Source: Selaginella moellendorffii
Lineage: Eukaryota; Plantae; Lycopodiophyta
Length of the DNA: 64,000 bases
Assembly: GCF_000143415.4 (NCBI RefSeq)
Contig: NW_003314263.1
Location: forward strand, 2,544,041 to 2,608,040
Direction of reading: 5' to 3'
Below, in pieces: positions 61,150-64,000 of the stretch; positions within the stretch are counted from its first letter, which is position 1; each line of letters opens with the position of its first letter. A program made the translations under genes and the position numbers. The notes beneath the pieces are model-generated. The model was not told the DNA's origin and did not search any database. It saw only the letters and a list, made by a program, of their open reading frames with translations.

Positions 61150-63168
61150 CTACTTCTCGGCGGCCTTCCCTTTCATCCTATACATGCTCTCCCCCTTGAG
61201 AGCCTCCGTCTCCAGCAAGTAGCACAGCATGTTGTTCACGTCGTCCCCGAAGATGCTACACGCCTCCATCACCCGGAAGTAGCTAAATCCCATGGACAGG
61301 AGGACGCGGACGTTGCTGCTCCTGTTTATCGCGGCAGAGTCTGTGAGACTTACTGATCCACCAACGTGAGAACCGCCAGCGCTTCCAGATCCCCTCGACG
61401 CTGGGAAGCAAGCACGCAAACAAGCGCAAGTGAGAGGTTTTTATGATTTGGAAGTAGCTCCTTACCTCCAGAAGATGATGGTCCTCCCGCGGCCGAAGAG
61501 GACGTCTCCTCGGACGAGTGCGTGATTTGCCGGTGGTGCTCCTCGGCAAGGTACTCCGCTCGAGAAGCCTCCATCACCATCCTTTCGATCTCTTGCTCGG
61601 TCAGTTCCAAGTCGGAGTAGAACCGGCCTTCGGCCAAAAGAGCCTGTACAAGATAGGCAGCTGTTGGATCACAAGACGAAGTAGAACATCACGTACGTTT
61701 TCAATCTGTTGGTCCTGTTGTGCGCGGATAGCAGCCTTCACCTGATCTCTGTCAACATTGTTCTATAAGCGAAAAGTATTAGATTCGAGCCAGTGAAACA
61801 AAACGAAAGTAAACAAGAAAAAAAACGCTTACACCACGAAGGCTTCCAAAACCAAGTCCGGCTCCAACAGCAGGCCGTGATGGATCGTGAAGCGAATTGT
61901 AGTGATTTCGACGGTGATAGCTTAGCCGGATTGGCGGCAAGTCAGTTTCATACTGTCCATGAAATATGTTTATCGGATCTGCGACATCGCAGAAAATTCA
62001 GGAAAACAAACCGACAAACATGGGACCCCATACCTGTGCTGTACGAATAGATGTGAATTGGCCGGTTGTACATTTCAGCCATTGCCTGTATCTCGAGGTT
62101 GTTGCCATAAACCTTCAAGGCAGTACCACCATTCATCAGTCAAGTAAGACAGCAAAAGAAAAGCGATAACCTTATCTCTGCGTTTTCTTTTGCAGTACGT
62201 AGTAAAGCCTTCTGTAATGAACTGTGAAAAATGATCTCTTTCTCTTTCCTGTAACAGAAAAATAGCAACGTGACTTGATCCCTGAAAGCATCACACTCAG
62301 AATCATTACCATGTAATCTATACACATCTGCCTTGTCTCGCCAAACATTTCTGGATCGCCATAGACTTGATCAGCCACAGCACGGAACAAACAGTTGCCA
62401 TCAGGAACCATTCTCCTTACTTCGAAACCTTTCACCCGCCGGAGCTCGATCTCGAAATGGCTTTCCTTGTCCTCCTGGAAAAAAGAAACAAGACACGAAC
62501 ATATTTGTCACTGAAGCTCTCGGAGCCGCACAAGCGGATTACCATCCACGTACATCTTCCTCAAATCCAGGCGTTGCAGACCAGGAACTGGATTCGTCAG
62601 CACTGTTGTATCCATCGCCCTCCCCCGAGTGTGCTCTAGGAGACGTGGAATGCGAGCTCGTTGGCGAGATCCTGACTCGCTGAGCAGTAAAACCTGGCCT
62701 TGGAACTGTGGCACGCCTTGAGCCTGTTCCAACTCTAGTTGATGACGAAGTTCCTGCGTTAGATCTAGGCGGTTCTTGGTTACCACACTCGGAAGCTGCT
62801 GCCGGAACGCTCGGACTTTGCACTGCCTCTGTCACCTGAGCAGCAAATTCTTTTGCATTCTCCTGGTCCGAGCCGGGAGCTTTTCCAGCGCTCCTCGACT
62901 CTTCGGAAGAAATGCAAAGGCCGGCAAACCGACTTCCCAGCTGTGAGGCTTTTTCGATGCTTTCTCCATCCAGGAAACTCGAAGTTCCCTCAGCTTTGTT
63001 CTCCGCGGCCTCCTGGCCGGAAGGAGAAATGAGAGTCGACGATGGTGGCAAAGGAGGAGGTGGCGGTGGTACTGACGACGAAGTCCCAGGAGTGGAAGTA
63101 GCAACATTTCTCGGTGGCTGGGACGAACCAGGCGCTGGATTACCTCTCGGAACCACAACTCGAGTCAT
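61150..63168 (-). CDS. OTLD1: OTU-domain deubiquitinase with C-terminal UBA-like domain (OTLD1/OTUD5-like), multi-exon
   Basis: Start MTRVVVPRG, then GYNSADE, catalytic DGNCLFRAVADQVYG, YGNNLEIQAMAEMYNRPI, PIRLSYH..NHYNS and C-terminal LLSMGFSY.RVMEACSIFGDD. Confidence 0.9.
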
Positions 63169-64000
63169 TGCAATGAGCGTCTCACGAGTCACCACTCCAT
63201 TCGTCCGGCATTTCTCTTGAGCTTGGTTCTATACCATCCCCAGTCTCGCCTTTCTTTCTTGTCAAAAGTCGCCCCCTCCGCCTTCCAGCCTGCTATCTCC
63301 CTTTTCATCCAAGCTGCCGCTACCTCGTCGCCCAAACTTCCAGATCTCCCTCCTATCGGCTCCACTTCTCATGTAATTCCAAGGCTCTCCAGCTCCTTCC
63401 AGCTGCTCTCCTTGCCCTAGAAGCCGATTGAGCTAGAAATCTCCGAAATCTCCGCAATCTTTCCTCCCAGCTACGAGCTCAGCTCTGCCACAATCATCCA
63501 AGCCATGACATACCACGACCGCGACTCCACTCCACCAACGCCATCGCTCGATCCTCCGCCAGTACCCTAGGGCGATAATGCGCTAGAAAAAAAGGATATG
63601 CCCTCAATGTAGCACGAGCAAGGAAGGCTTTATAGGAAAAAGAAGGGGCGTGGCCCTGTGTAGGAAGGTACACAATAGCGGCCAATGGGAGCACACCGCG
63701 TGTCAACTTTCACCCGCGACGCGTGTACACAATCCTAGCCAATGCTTTCCTTACTCCAAAGGGATGCTCCCAGTTAACATACATAGATCCCTTGGAGCTT
63801 TGATCACACCACAAGAAATACCGCGAAGTTATAAACACCCTGTGACAAGGAACAGAGAAGAAAAGAGAGTGAGAAAACGAACGGAAGAACGCGAAGAAAC
63901 TTACTGGGAGCTATTCACAAAAAGGCCTGGACGATGAAACGAAGCCGGCGCGAGCTCGATCGATCGCCCAAGTTTGCTGGTTTGCTACGGCCACCATCCC

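Noticed and set aside
63755-63798. miR393-like TCCAAAGGGAT hairpin
   Set aside because: Only the first 11 nt match miR393, and the stem is too short for a miRNA duplex.
63625-63850. Telomerase RNA candidate (TATA-like then AAGGGGCGTGG)
   Set aside because: No CCCTAAA-type template and no USE found.

Overview
Eukaryotic plant genomic DNA. The tight gene packing, mostly 45-90 bp introns and a PPR protein built of 31-aa short repeats suggest a lycophyte such as Selaginella (inference only). There are three parts. (1) 1-22.4 kb is gene-dense: an ABCB transporter (5' end outside the window), a GNA-type lectin, a PPR protein, two tail-to-tail PHT1 phosphate transporters, a divergent beta-tubulin, GCP2, an F-box protein, an unidentified repeat-exon gene and two pseudogene fragments. 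(2) About 22.5-58.1 kb is a nested transposon island that can be resolved from LTR ends, PBS, PPT and target-site duplications (TSDs). It holds a decayed Ty3/Gypsy relic with two TRIMs in it, an old copy (C) of a non-coding LTR family, a second family (B) inserted in C's LTR, a very young copy (A) of C's family inserted in B, solo LTRs, two inversions, a 119-bp fold-back and a hAT relic. Between two assembly gaps in this island is an apparently intact, extremely AT-rich two-exon gene for a secreted PLAT/LH2 protein that the ORF track splits in two. (3) 59-64 kb holds an ATXR4-like SET gene and a convergent OTLD1-like deubiquitinase. No rRNA, tRNA or CRISPR array was seen. Best leads: the hidden PLAT gene, non-coding retroelements sharing cis-signals (including a common LTR core and an ABRE array), and the PHT1/P1BS/beta-tubulin/GCP2 block.
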